From the NCBI GenBank assembly GCA_004431415.1, contig QPMI01000113.1:62001-126000 (forward strand): 64,000 nt of DNA, given 5' to 3'. Source of the stretch: Cyanophora paradoxa CCMP329. Taxonomy: Eukaryota; Plantae; Glaucophyta. Positions 12,593 through 26,324 of this stretch are shown here, one piece after another. The notes under the pieces were generated by a model that did not search any database, was not told the DNA's origin, and was given only the letters and a program-made list of their open reading frames with translations. The position numbers were made by a program, and so were the translations under genes. The first letter of the stretch is position 1, and each line of letters begins with the position of its first letter.

Positions 12593-15386
12593 ATGGAGAA
12601 CGTCGCTTTTACAGCGTTGGCACCCGCACCTGCGGCGCGGGGTATTCCTGGCAAAGTTGATTCTTTCCGGCGCGCCCCGGCGGCCGTTTCGGCGGCTTCG
12701 TCCAGCTTTGCGGGTCGCCAGCTGCACGCGCCGCCGACCAGGAGATTCAACTTCCAGAGTGCCAGGAGCGATGCTGTTCCGTCCAAGACAGGCGACAAAT
12801 TCGGCCCTGTGCACGGCGTGTCGACCTCCGGCGGCGTCACGAAGTTCGAGATGAGCCAGCCGGCGATGCCGGAGGTGGGCGCTTTCAAGCAGGTCCCCGC
12901 GGACGCGCACGGGAACACCATCACGGTCCAGTATACGGTGCGGCGTGGCTCGCGAGCGCGCTCACATCGCGCCCTCACGCAGCGCAGGTGGACACTGAGA
13001 CGATGCGCATCCCGCGGATCACTGGTGCACCGCTCGCTGTCCCCGTAGGGCACGGCTTCGGGTTCCCTGACGGGCCGAACCTCAGACTACATGCCGAACC
13101 TTGAGACCTACCCTTCACCGCTCACGGGTACGGACAGCACAGCGCAGAGGGCCATAGCAGCGAACTTACACGCGCCGGCCAGACAACGAGGAGGTCGAGC
13201 CTCACTGGTCCTTCCACGGCCGCTGGATCACCGATGGTGCGCCCCGCGCTTTCGCTGGGGGCGCTCCTCCCGCGCGGCAGCGGCGCCCGACGCGGCGGGC
13301 CGGGGCCGGTGCGCAGGCTCGTACGTCGACCTGAACATCGTGCAGTGCGACGCCTCCCCATTCCCTGCCAGCCGGCGGCCCCCCGTCTGAGGCGGGCCCT
13401 GCAGCGACCCCGAGGAGCGGTCGGACATGAAGGCGCGCCGGCCGGCCGCGCGCGCCGGGGCCCGAGGTGACGGGGACGGCAGATGGCGCTGACGCGGGCG
13501 GGCCCGCGCGAGCGCGTCTTCTTCAAGCCGGAGGAGGTCACGGCGGCGGTCGTCTCCTGCGGCGGCCTCTGCCCTGGTCCGCTCGCCCTCCCCGCCGCCG
13601 CCGCCGCCTCCGACGCCGCCCGTGAAGGCATGAACGTGGTGATCCGCGAGCTCGTGATGACGCTGTCGCACAACTACGGGGTGAAGAAGATCCTGGGCAT
13701 CCAGTGCGGGTACCGCGGCTTCTACGACGAGAAGCTGCCGCCCGTGGAGCTGAACCCCGAGCTGGTGGAGACGGCCCACGAGGAGGGCGGCACCCTCCTC
13801 CGCTCCTCCCGCGGCGGCTTCGACCGCGCCAAGATCGTCGACGCCATCGAGAAGAGGGGGATCAACATGCTGTACGTGATCGGGGGCCCCGGTCCCGCGA
13901 TCACGTACCCCCCGACCGGATCGCAGATACGTGATCGGGGGCGACGGGACGCACAGGGGGGCGAATGCTATCTACGAGGAGTGCCGCAAGCGCGGCCTCA
14001 AGGTCGCCGTCGCCGGCATCCCCAAGACCGTCCGCACCCGCCCCGCCGCCCCGCCCCGCCCCCGGCGCGGGGCGCAGGGCGTTCAACTTCACTCACACTT
14101 GATTTTTTTCGAAACAAAGATTGACAATGACATCCAGGCGAGCCGGCGCCCCCGCCCCCGCCCGCCCCGCCCCGCCGCGCGCCTGAGGGGCGGGGCAGTA
14201 CCTGGACAAGAGCTTCGGGTTCGACACGGCAGTCGAAGAAGCAGTGAAGGCCATCGAGTCCGCCTACGGTCCGCCCCCTCCGGCCCCGCCCTGCCGCCCG
14301 CCCCCGCCCGCCCGCCTCACCCCCCCGCCGCGCAGTGGAGTCGCGCTGCTACCCCAACGGGATCGGTGTGGTGAAGCTGATGGGGCGCAACTCGGGCTTC
14401 ATCGCAATGCACGCGGCCCTCGCGTCGCGCGTCGTCGACGTCTGCCTCATCCCCGAGTGAGGCCCCGGCCCGCGGCCCCGCCCCGAGGGGCCCCCGACTC
14501 ACCCCGCCGCAGGATCACGTTCCACCTGAACGGCAAGTGGGGCCTGCTCGAGTGCGCCCGGCCCGGCCCGGCCCGCCCCTGGCCCCCCCGGGGGGCGAGG
14601 CGAGGGGCGGCAGGCACGTGCGACGGGTGACGGCGGAGAAGGGCCACTGCGTGGTGGTGGTGGCGGAGGGGGCGGGGCAGGAGCTCCTCCCCGAGAGCGG
14701 CGCGACGGACGCGTCGGGCAACAAGCGCCTCGGCGACATCGGCCGCTTCCTCGCGGAGCGCATCAAGGCGCACTACGACGCCGCCGGGGAGGAGTCGAAC
14801 GTGAAATACGTCGACGTCCGCCCGCTTTCGCCCCGGGCCTGTCTTCCCTGCATTCCTGAGCCTCCTCTCCCTCCCCTGCGCAGCCGACGTACATGATCCG
14901 CTCCGTGAAGGCCAACGCCAGCGACGCCCTGTACTGCTCCCTCCTCGCCCAGGCCCGCCCCCACCCCCGCCCCCGCCCCCGCCCCCGCCCCCGCCCCGCG
15001 CCGAGGGGCGGGGCACAGAACGCGGTGCACGGGACCTTCGCCGGCTTCACGGGCTTCTCCGCCGGCCGCGTCAACCACAAGCAGGCCCGCCCCCGCCCCG
15101 CCCCCGCCCCGCCCCGACCCGCCCCGCCTCACCCGCCCCCGCCCCCGCAGGTCTACTTGCCGATCCAGTCGATCTGCAACAAGCCGCGCGGGGTGGACCC
15201 GCAGGGCCGCTACTGGTACTCCCTGATGTTCCTCACGCGGCAGCCCGACTTCAACCACGGCCTCACCAGTGCGCCCCGCCCGCCCCGCCCCGCGAGCCGC
15301 CGCCCTGCCGCGCCGCTCTCTCACCCCGGCCGGCCCCGCGCCGCGCGGCAGCCACCGAGGTCGACTGCGGCGTCAAGCTCGACTAA
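12593..15386 (+). CDS. PFK: ATP-dependent 6-phosphofructokinase, plant/plastid type, with transit peptide
   Basis: [15 protein letters not shown]|[31 protein letters not shown]|[27 protein letters not shown] after splicing; N-terminal [12 protein letters not shown]...SSSFAGRQL. Confidence 0.93.
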
Positions 15387-15571
15387 GGGCCAGGGCGCCC
15401 CCGGCCGGACCCGAGCCGCCATTTCCCCAGCGGCAGGCGTGAGCTAGCTGCACGCAGCAGATTAGAAACGGCAGGCGCGAGCCTGCGTGCCCGCAGATGT
15501 CCTTTACGACGCATAATGTAGTCACACTATAGTTTTAGGCCTCGCAACCTCACTCACAAACCATTGAGCCG

Positions 15572-15657
15572 AACCTTTCCTCAGATTTTATAGAGTAAAG
15601 CAGACAATACGCAACCTTTCCTCAGATTCTATAGAGTAGAGCAGACACTACGCAACC
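15572..15657. repeat. 41-bp tandem duplication between PFK and TTC27 3' ends
   Basis: AACCTTTCCTCAGATT(T/C)TATAGAGTA(A/G)AGCAGACA(A/C)TACGC twice. Confidence 0.8.
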
Positions 15658-15732
15658 GCAGACAGCTGATGGCTGATGCGGAGAGGGGGCTGGGGTCGAG
15701 AGGGAGAGGGGGCCCGGTACTATGCGCTAGCG

Positions 15733-18700
15733 CTACCGCCGGCGTCGGGGGAGGCGGGGGGGTCGGCGGGTTCTGCGGCGGCCTCGCCGTCGGGGGGGCC
15801 CGCGGGGGCCGAGGCGGGGGCCTTCTCCCAGCAGGCTGAGAGGCGCGGGAGCAGGCACTGCAGCCTGCTGAACGGCTCCGACTTGCCGTGCAGCTCCTGC
15901 GCGCCCCGCCATCTCAGCGCCCCCGCGCCCCGCGCCCCGCCCGCCTCGCACCTTGGCGCGCTCGGCGACGCGCTCGGCGGCGAGCTTGGTGCCGTAGAGG
16001 GCGGTCTTGGAGGCGGCGCCGGGGTGCTCCTCGTGGAAGACCAGCGCGTCGTGCACGGCCCCCACGATCAGCTCGAAGCGCGCCGCGTCCGCCTCCCACC
16101 CGCTGCAGCGCGCCTCGGCGCCGGGGCGGGGCGCGGGGGGGCGCGGGGGCCGGGGCGGGCGGGCGGGACGGGCCTGGACTGGAGGGAGCGGAAGCGCTTC
16201 ATGAGGCAGTCGAGCTCCTTGTCGAGGCTCCCGTACAGCCGGTGGTACCGCCCGTACACCCGCCACAGCTGCCCCCGCCGGGGCGATCGGCGCCGGGCGG
16301 GCCGCACAGGCGTGGCGGGCAGCAGCACCTCGGGGTTCGTGCTCGTCTTGGAGGCGATGCGCCCGAGGAGCTGCCCCATGCTCCGCTGCGCGCCGGCGGG
16401 GTCGGGCGGGGGCGGGGGCGGGGGCGGGGCGGGGGCACCTGGAGGCGGGACTTGGCGCCGGCGGCGCCCGAGTCGTCGACGGGGAGGTCCCGCTCCATCA
16501 CCTTCACCAGCAGCTCCAGGATCTGAGCCCCGCGCCGTCACCCTCTGCGGGCGGCCCGGCCGGCGGGGCGGGGCGGGCGGCGCCTCGGTGTCGAACTCCT
16601 TCTCGTCGGGCTTGAGGTCCATGAGGACGTTGAGGGCGCTGATGGCGTGCTGGAACTTGCCGATGTCCATGGAGACGTGGAGGAAGTTCTGCCACATCCG
16701 CCACGACTCGTGCCGCTGCCGCAGGCCCTCCTGCAGCGCCACCCACGCCTCCGGCCTGCCCCCCCGTGAGCGCCGGCGGGGCGCGCGGCGCGGGGCCCCC
16801 GCACTTCTTGCCGAGCTTTATGTTGATCGCGGCGATGTTGTTCCACGAGTCCGAGTCCTGCCCGAGACTGTGAGGGCGGGGCGGGGCGGGGCAAGGCGGG
16901 GCGGGGCAAGGCGGGGCGGGGCGGGGCGGGGCGGGGCGGGGCGCGCCTCAGGGTCGATCTGAACGACGCGCGTGAAGGCGACAAGCGCCGGCTCGAAGCG
17001 GTTCAGCTTCAGCTCCGCGCACGCCATCAGGAACCAGGCCGACTGCGAAGGCGCTCGGGCGGCGGTGTGCTACGCCGGGGGCGGGGCGGGCGGGGCGGCC
17101 ACCTTGTAGAGGGGGTTGATCCCCACGGAGAGCTTGAAGTGGGCGATGGCGGCCTCCCACTGGGACCGGTGAGCGGGGCGAGGTGGGGGGCGGCGGGGGC
17201 GGGGCCCGCGCACATCGCCCTTGGAGAAGGCGACGCGGCCGAGGGAGCGCTGCGAGCGCCCCGAGCGGTGGTTCGAGACCTCCCACGCCCGCTCGTACCA
17301 CCTGCACCCCCCGCTCGCGTCCGAGGCCGGGGGGAGCGCGGGGCGGGGGCCGGGGTACCCCGCGTTGTCGGTGACGTCGCCGAGGAGGCACCAGAGGTTG
17401 GCGTTGCCGGCGTCGACCTCGAGGCGCTCGCGGATGAGCTCCTCCGCCTTGGAGCGCTTCTGCATGACGCGGTAGCAGTCGACCGCCTCCTCCCACATCT
17501 CGAGCTGCTGAAAGAGCTCGAGCGCCGACGCGCAGCAGCCGATGGACATGAATCCCTCGCCGAGCTCCTTCTTCAGCGACCACGTCGAGGGGAACGGCAG
17601 GTGGAAGACGTGCACGGCCCGCTCCGCCGCCCCCGGCTCCTTGTCCGCGAACTGCTCGACGAGCACCTGCAGCTGCAGCGTGCCGTGCTCGACCGTCTTC
17701 GGCCGCGCCCGCTCGACGCGCGTCTTCATGAGCAGGGTCGTGGAGTGGACCATCCAGTTGCGCGGCTGCGTCTCCAGGCGGGCGACGTAGGCGGCCATCT
17801 CCTCGAGGGTCTGCGTGTCCTTGGCCCCCTTGCTCTTCGCGTGGTTGCAGTAGCCCAGCACGATGGCCTGGTCGAGGGGCCGCAGCTCCTCGTCGATGCC
17901 CCGGCGCGCCCCCTTGCCCACCTCCCCCCCCTCCTCCAGTTTGATCCGCGGCAACAGGTCCCAGTCGTCCAGCTCCAGCTGCCGCGGCAGGCTCCCTTTC
18001 TCCCCCTCCCCGCCCGCCCCCGCCGCCCCGTCCGCCGGCTGCGCCGGCGACGCCTGGCACACGAGCTGCCCCGGGCGTCAGCGGGGCGGGGCGGCGCTTC
18101 GCGGGGCGGGGGCGCGCCTGGGAGACGAGGAAGGTCTGGAACTTGGTGCGCTTGCCGAGGACACCGGTGAGCTGCACGTGGAGGTTGGCGGCGGCGGCGG
18201 CCGCGTCCAGGTTCTCCACCACGGGGTTCGAGCGGTGGTAGAACGAGTGCATCAGCGCCAGCTCGAGGTGCGCCCTCGCCTTCAGCTCCCTGCCGCCCCG
18301 CCCCGCGCGTCAGGCCGAGCGGCGCGGGGCGGGGCGGGGCGCACGGGGCGTCGGCGAAGGCCTGGACGACGCCCCGCAGGCGCTCGTCCACGGGCGCCTT
18401 CAGCAGCGCCGCCGGCTCCGTCAGGCCCCGCTGCGCCCGCGTGAGGGTTCCAGGCGGAGAATCGTGACGCGCTGGGGCCGCACCTGGTGCATGAACATGG
18501 CGCGCGCGGCCCACCACGGGGCGCTCTGCGGGGCGGGCGGGCATCGGCTCGGAGGCGCGGCCCGGGCGGCGCGCGGTGCGGGCGCACGCGGCAGAGCGGG
18601 AGGGAAGAGGCGGCGGGGGCGAGGAGGGCGCTGGCGGCCAGGAGCATCTCCGGCGCGACGGCCTTCACGTACATCTGCTCGCCATTCCGCTCCAGCTGCG

Positions 18701-19352
18701 CGGCGCGGCTCGCCGGGGCGCTCCTCTCATGCAGCGCGCGCGCACTGGCCTTACCTGCTCCACCGACCATGCGCGCACTGCCGCGACGCGATCTGCGCCC
18801 TCTTTCGAGCGCGCGCCGGAGCGGTCCTGCGCGCGCGTTAGCTCCGCGCACGCGGCGAGCTGCGAAATGGTCTTCGCTAACCACAAACAGGGGAGGGATG
18901 GGCAGCTCGAGGGCGGGCGCCGGCCCTGTCCAGTTTCCTTGCGCGAAGAGGTGGACGCATGCGATCGCGACGCAGAGCGCTTGCCCTTCGCGCAGCGCCT
19001 GCTCGTCCTCGCTGCCGCTGCCGACGAACCGCCGCACGCTCTCCGTCACTTGCCGCTCCAGAACCTCGGGCCGCGCCTCCCGCAGCTCCCTCGCTGCGTC
19101 GCCCTCGCCCCTCGCGAAGATGGTGCCGAAGGGCTCGCCCTGCAGGGGGGCGGCGAACTCTCCCGCCAGAATTGCCTCGGCCATCTCCAAGAAGCGCCGC
19201 TCGTCGGCGCTCGCTGCGCACCGGGGAGCGCTCGAACCTTGGAAGCTGGGCGGGGTGCGCGCGGTGGCGTATGCACCATCATCGCGTCTCTGTGGTCTGG
19301 ACCTATCCGGCGCAAGCAGCGCGTCCTCCCACGCCCTCAGAACCGACGCCAT
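15733..19352 (-). CDS. TTC27: TPR protein TTC27/Emw1 family
   Basis: FAQGNWTGP, LTGVLGKRTKFQ, NWMVHSTTLLMKTR, SALELFQQLEMWEE, multiple TPRs, SWRMWQN. Confidence 0.85.
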
Positions 19353-19493
19353 CGAGCGAAACTGTCAGGCTGTACCCCGGACCCGCCGCTCGGCGCTCGG
19401 CGCTCGGGGCTCGGACTTGGGGCTCTCGGCGCTGTGCATTTTTCAGCTCTATCGCTTGCGTAACTTTTCTATCGTTTATCGCCCATTTCATCC

Positions 19494-22400
19494 ATGCGTG
19501 TGCGAATCATAGTGGTGACGGGTGGGCGCGCGAGCGCCGGCACCGACTCTAAGGTTTACGTGGAGCTCGTAGACGCTGCTGGTCACTCTACGGGCCCACT
19601 CGCGCTCGAGCAGGTACGCAGTTAACGTTCTTTTGCAGTACTAGTTCCGTGCAGCTGCAGCTGACGAGTCACAGGATGAGGACCTGGTTGGCGGCTTGCA
19701 TCTGCTTAAAAGCTTGCGCATGCGCGCATCGTCGCCTCTCATGCCACGCACACCTCGCAGCTCTACGCGAATGGGCCGACCGCGAAGCACGGAAGCTCGC
19801 GCCCCGTGGCAAACCCGCTCACCTCTTCTATCTGGGGCTGGAGGGGCCGTAGGACTTCACTTTTTGAGCGCAACGCTGTCGATTCCTTTGTAATCGAGGT
19901 GACGAGCTCGTTCCGTTGCTCGCCGCGATGCGCGCCGGCGCCTCGCCGTTTCGAATTCCGCACCCGAACGCGGTCGCGGAGCGCAGTGCAGGGAGATCGG
20001 TCCAGTCGCCAAGTTAGCGGTCTGGACGGACGGCAGCGGGCATTTCGCCGCCTGGTTCCCGGACCAGATTGTGGTTGAGGTCCGCGCGGCACCACAAGAC
20101 GCGACGGCTGTCCGGCCCCGCTCACCCTCGCCCGTTCGCGGCGCGTCGCAGATGGAGGACAGCAGCCAGTACGCCGCGACGTGCCGCGAGTGGATCCGCG
20201 GGGGCGCGCGCGACCGCCCCCGTGTCTACCCCACCCAGAAGATAAGGACAGAAGGGTGCCGGAGCCCTCTCACGTTCTACGCGGGCCTCGTCCTGACGCG
20301 GCGCAGATTCGATTCCGAGCTGGAGGCGTCACGCCGGGACCGAATGGAGAGGCCGCTCCTGGGCCCCGTGCGCGGACTCCGTCAGGCGGCGCCCAGACTG
20401 GAATCTGAACCCCCCCCGCAGGTCCTCGGGTTCCGCGGGCAGCAGGGGGACCGCTGGCGCCTCTCTGTTCTCCTCGTACCTCACGACCGCTCGGGGCAGG
20501 CCCCGGGGCCCCTCTCCTGGTCCCCCGCGGCGGGCCCCGCGGCTAGCCTCGCCGCCTCCGCCGCCGCCGCCCCGGGACCTGCGTCCGGGGCCGGCCACGG
20601 CGGCACGGCCGCCCCCGTCCGCATCCACAGCTACAACGACTACGGCGTTTACCGCTACGATTTCGACGTACCAATGGCTCCCAGCCAGAGCCTTGTGTAC
20701 AGGTGCGCGTACCCCCGTCCCGAGCACCCACCAACAACAACCTCTCTGAACCCAGCCTCCAGTTATAAGGTGGAGAGCGTGCCGGGGACGGGCCCGTTCG
20801 AGTTCGTCGTACCCCCCAGCAGCGCCTGCCCTCGGTACCGCGCCCCTTTCCTCCCCCCCCCCCCCTTTCCTCCCCCGAGGCCGGGCAGCTTCATGTTCTG
20901 CTCGTGCAACGGCGTGCCCGACTCGGCTGTGATCAAGCGCGAGGAGGGCATCAACGGGCTCTGGCTCTACGCCCGCGAGGACCACATCCGCCAGGCCCGC
21001 CCCCCTCCCCTACCCCCTCCCGCCGGGCAGCCCCTCCCCGTCTTATCCCGTCGGGCAGCCCTTCAACCTGCTGGTGATGGGCGGCGACCAGGTCTACGCC
21101 GATCCTAGTGAGCTTGGGCAAATTCCTGAGCAAAGATTTCTTGCTGATATTGCGTCTTTTTAGTGTGGTCGATCTGCCGGTACGCGCCGCAATCGAGCCT
21201 TCCTTCGGCCCCCGCGGTCGACGCGGGGGCAGGACGCTGCGGCGGTGGAGCGGGCTGCGGACGGAGGGCGCCAAGGTGCGCGCCAAGTGGAACGAGCAGG
21301 CCGCCAAGGAGGTGCGCCCCGCCCCGGCGGGCGCCCGAGGCCCCGAAGGCGGGGCCCCCGCCGAGGCGCCGCGGCGCAGGTGCGGGACTTCTACTGGAAC
21401 CTCTACACCGAGCAGTGGTCCGAGGTGCCCCGCGCCCCGCTCCGCCCGCGCCCAGGGGCCCCAGCCGAGGCGGCCCGACCGCCCCGCGCCGCAGCCGGAG
21501 CCCGGCTGGATGTTCGCGCGCGTGCCCATGGTCCGCGCGCCCCGGCCCGGCGGCGGCCGGCCCCGCGCACCTCCTCCCCCGCCGACGCGAGCGCGTGGCC
21601 GGGGCGGCGGGCGCAGGTGTGCATGTGGGACGACCACGACATCTTCGACGGGTTCGGCTCCTACGACGACGCCCGCCAGGTCCCGCCCCCCCCCCCCCCC
21701 CCTTCTGATGCTTCCCCCCCCGACCGCTGCGCCCGGGCCGCGCGCAGCACTGCTCGACCTACGCCGGCATCTTGTGCGCGGGCGCCCCCGCGGCTCTTGC
21801 TCCTTCCCCTTACGCGCGGTCCGGGGCCAGCGCCGAGGCCAGCGACGCCTTCCGCGTCTTCCAGGCCCGCTGCGACCCCGAGCTCGCCCTCTGCTACCAG
21901 CCCCGCCGTGCGCCCCGCCCCTCCTGCCCCCGCCCTCGCGCCCCCTTAGCGCCCCGCGCGCGCAGCCGGGGACACGCCCGGCGTCCTGCCCCCCGACTTC
22001 CGCGGCCCCTACGTCTCCGCGGTATCGCCCCCTCGCTCCGCGCCACCGAGCCTCGCTCGCTCCGCGCGACCGAGGGCCCCGCGCGCGCGCAGTTCCGCGC
22101 GGGGGCGGCGGGGATCGTGTGCCCGGACCTGCGCTCGCAGCGGAGCATCTCGCGGGTGATGGGCGAGGAGCAGTACGACGCCATCGCCCGCGTCGCCCGC
22201 CTCTGGGGCGCCGCCGCCGCGGCCGGCGCCCTCCCGCTGCGGGAGGCGGGACGAGGCCGGCCCCCGCGCCGGCCCCGCCGCTCCTCCTCTCCTCCGGCCA
22301 GCCGGCGGCGGCCCTGAGCGGGGCGCCCCCGCAGGCCTCCCGAGGCGCCCCCCCCTCCCAGGACTTCATCGAGATCTCGCCCGTCGCCCAGCGGCCCGCC

Positions 22401-24165
22401 CCCGCGCCGGCCCCGCCCGCCGCCCCGCCCCTGCCGCCCCCGCAGCACATCTTCGTCGTCTCCTCCATCCCCGGTGAGGGGAGGGCGCGGCGTCTTGCGA
22501 GGCGCCCCCTCACGGCCCGAGCCGCACAGTGGCCTTCGTCGACCTGGCGGCGGGGGAGCGCGTGCTCGGCCTTGTCCCCGGGCGTCAGGAGCTCGAGGAC
22601 GATCTCCACGACCACTGTGCGCCCCAGCGGTCCGAGCGCACGCTCTTGAGAGCTTGAGAGACTATGCTGCCGCCCTGCGCCCCGCCCCCGCGCCAATCTT
22701 CCATACCCCCTCCGCCGGCTGCGCTCTTTGATCCCGTGCGCTGACTCAACCCTTCCGTCCCCGGGATTCCGCAGGGAGCTCGCCCTGCCACACGTGCGCA
22801 CCGCCCTCTGTCCTCTTTTCGTCTCTACCCCTACCGGGCCCCGCCGCCACGCGCGCAGGGAGGAGCGCGCCCGCTTCGTGCGCGGGGCGGCTCGGGGGCA
22901 GCGGGGGCAGCGCTTGCGGTGGGGGCGCGGGGTGATGGAGGGGGCGGGGCGCAGGTGCACGCGCTGGCGGGGCTGGGGGCGGCGTGCGGGGCGCGCGTGA
23001 CGGTGCTCTCGGGTGACGTCCACGTGGGGCCCTGGGGCTCCTGCGCCCCACCAACGGGCCCCACGCCGGCACCGTCATCTACCAGCCCGTCTCCTCCGGT
23101 CCGGTCCCCGCCCGCCCCGCCCGCCCCGCCCGCCCCCGCTCCCCGCCTCACCCCTCCCCGGGCCGCCCGCAGGCATCGTCGCCCGCCGCCGCCCTCGGCC
23201 CTCCGCGCGGGGTACCGCATGCTCCTCGCCTGGCACGGCTTCATCCGCGCGTTCAGGCGGCCGGTGGGGGCGCGGCGCGGGCCGGCGCGCCCCGTCCCTC
23301 AGTCGGCCGGCAGGCGCGGGCGCTGCGGGGCAAGCGGGGCGGGGCGGCGCGGGACGAGACGCAGCTGCTCGTCCTCCACCACGAGCGGCAGGAGCGCGTG
23401 CCCACCCGCAAGCCCTCCCAGTTCGTCTGGGCCCAGGTCCCCCCGCCCCGCCCCGCAGCGCGCACGCTTCCCTTCCGCCTGGTCCGCTGAGGGCCGTCCG
23501 CGCAGAACTTCATGACCCTCTCGCCCTCGCCGGGGGCAGCCAGCGGCGGCCCCGCCGCCTACGTCGCCCGCTGGGTCTCCCGCTGCCGCCGTGCGCGGCC
23601 CCACACCTCTCTACCCCCCCCCCCCCACCCCCCCCTCCCCCGCCCCCACCGCCCGGCAGAGTGCGTGAAGGCGGACGCGATGCTGGCCCCCGACGCCCGC
23701 CTGGTGACGAGGCCCCGCGCGCTGCCGCGGCACCCCCCTCCGGCTGACGTACCCCCGCAGCTCGTGATCCCGCCCTTCGGGCTCGACCGCCGCGAGCGGG
23801 GCATCCACGTGCCCCTCCCCAACCGCGGGGGAAGGCCCGTGGCCGCCGCCTCCGCCACCCCGGCGGCCCATGCCCCCAGGCCGGCCCCCCTGGAGCTTGG
23901 ACGGCTCGCGGGCATTCCGCCAGCGATGGGACCGGCCGCCCCGGATGCGGCTGCGGCGGCGCCGGCCGCGGCGCAGCAGGAGCCCGGCCTGGGATCCTTC
24001 CCCGCGGGGCTCGTCCGCATGCGGATCGAGCGGGTCACCCTTGTCCCCGCGACCAGCGCCGGTGCCAGCGCCACCGGTACCGGCGCCCCGGCGGCCGTCC
24101 CCTCGGTCCCCGTACGCGTCGCTGGCCGCGGGGCGCCCGCTCCCGCGGCCGCGGCCGAGGAGTGA
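19494..24165 (+). CDS. PLAT/LH2 domain fused to PhoD-like (PhoD_2) metallophosphatase
   Basis: PLAT: VVTGGRASAGTDSKVYVEL...FERNAVDSFVIE...WFPDQIVVE; PhoD: FCSCNG, MGGDQVYAD, MWDDHDIFDGFGSY, PDLRSQRS, EDDLHDHW, VLSGDVHVG. Confidence 0.8.
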
Positions 24166-24779
24166 ATTCGGATCCCGGAGTGCGCCCTGTCGGCCCGGCC
24201 TCGAGCTGTAGATATCAGCAATTCCGTGATTTAGTTTTGGCGCCGCGAACGCGCGCGACGGCCGCGCGCACGCATACGCGCATCATGTCAAGTACTAGTC
24301 CGTCTATAGCTATACTATGATAGCTAGATCGACGCGCTTGTTACGTATACGCTAGCTAGTGCTAGCGTTATATATAGCTAGCGCTGGCTTTTGAAGCTTA
24401 GATCGTTTATCTGGTGCACGCGTGTCGCCGCGGCGCTAGCGCTGCCAGGCTGCCCCCCGGGCCCGCTAGCGCTTTTGCGCACGGTCCGACGGTCGCCGCG
24501 GCGCTGTCCCCCGCTAGGCACGCGTACCGTAGTACGGTGGCGCTGCTAAGCACCGCTGCTAGCACGGACGGAGCGTCACTGAGTCACGAAAACGCACCTG
24601 CAGCCTGCCGGCGCTATGGCGCGCAGGCGCGGGCCGCGCGGCTGCGCAGGTGCAGGACGCAGCACCGGCACCAGTACTAGTGAAACGAAGTTCAAAGAAA
24701 TGAATCGGCCGTGAACCCTTTAGAGACGTGTACCCCGGCTGACATCCGCTTGCATGCGCGTCAGCTGTGTGATCTAGGA

Positions 24780-26324
24780 ATGTCAGCGATGCACTTCGCC
24801 TTCGAGCTAGGTGCGTGCGGGTGGGTGTTAATGCGTCCCGGGGCGAGCCCTGACGCATTCCGCAGTCACGGGCGGCATCCGCCCTCGACCCCCCGCGGCC
24901 AAGCCACCCGCGGCAATCGAGGCAGCTCCGGCAGAGACTCCTCTGAAGAGTGAGGCAGCAGAGCAGGAAAAGCAAGTCGCCGAGTTCCAGCCCAAGAAGC
25001 GCAAGTCGAAGAAGGTCTGTGTTGGCTTCCCCCGCCGTTCGATGACTTTCCTGATAATCTTCTGCCTGTTCTCGTGCAGTACTGGACAAAGGAAGAGGTC
25101 TCGAACTCCCCCCTCTGCGTCCGTTCGCAGCCTGACAATACTTGGCAGGACGAGATCCTCGTCAAGCTTGTCAACGATCATGGCGAGAAGTGCGCTCTCT
25201 GTTTATGCGGTGCCTTTCTTATCACTCACTCACTTGCTCGACCGCAGGAAGTGGGCTTCGATCGCAAAGGAGGTTGGCTGGCGTGAAGGCTCTGTCGCCT
25301 TGGCTGTGGGCTAATATCGATGCGCTCTCAGATGCCGGGTCGCACTAGCAATCAGCTTCGCACTCGCTACTGTAAGCAGGCCACCCGCCCGGCACCGCTA
25401 CAACCACGTTCTGACGCCAATAACACGCAGACAACTACTTGGCGCCCGGCCTGAAGAACGGGCCCTGGTCGCAGGCGGAGGATGAGATCTTCTTGAAGAG
25501 CTATCAGCAGTTTGGCCGCAGGTGCTTGCATGTGGTTGTCACTGGATTGAAGCCATGTGCTAACCTGATGGCAGGTGGCGCCAGAGTGCGTCTACAGCGC
25601 GTGGCTCTCGTTTTCTCTTCGCTCCTTTTCCTTATCGGTTTGCCGCAGTTGCCCGGCAGCTCCCCGGCCGGAGTGAAATGTCAATTATGCTTCGTTGGTG
25701 CGCCTGCTGCGACGCGACAGGCTGTAGCATTCTCTAATAGCGCACCGGATCAGTAAACATTTCTTCCCGGAGCTGTTCCGCCCAGCGTCGAAGTCGAAGA
25801 AGCCGCGCCGTGAGGATGGAGTCGCGGTTTCGGCGCTTACGGTCCAAGCGGCGTCGGACGAGTCGGATGCTGAGGAAGATGCGGAGCAGGAGGCGGCTCC
25901 GCGGCGTTCATCTTCGCGGCGCCCATCGGTCTCCGCAGTGTCAGTCAGCCACGCAACCGAAACGGAGACGTCTTCTCGTCAGCAGTCGCTGCCGGGCCCC
26001 TCGCACATCGCTGGAAAGCCTCTGCAAGCCCTGGAGCAGCTTCATCAGCTCCAGCAGTTGCATCGTGCTATGCACCGCGAGGCAGCTAGCGTTGGCAGCG
26101 CTCTGTCTGCACCCGGTCTCCTTTCGCATCCCCTCCTTGGCTTCCCCTATGCCGGCGCGGGCTCCTCGCCTCTATTCCACCAGCAGCTGTTTGGCTCATC
26201 AAGCGCGGCGGGCCTCTCGCTCGCCGCCTACGACACCTCCCGTTTCCTCCCCCCTCCGCGCTTCGTGAGCGAGGAGCGTTTCGTTGCCGACGACGCATTC
26301 TCTGGGAAGCACTCTGTGTTGTAG
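24780..26324 (+). CDS. R2R3-type Myb transcription factor (micro-exons; 3' end uncertain)
   Basis: Spliced: YWTKEE|DEILVKLVNDHGEK|KWASIAKE|MPGRTSNQLRTRYY|NYLAPGLKNGPWSQAEDEIF...QLPGRSEMSIMLR. Confidence 0.85.

Noticed and set aside
15646-15657. ACTACGCAAC match to the viral iteron inside a host tandem repeat
   Set aside because: A single 10-bp match with no palindromic context; compatible with chance.
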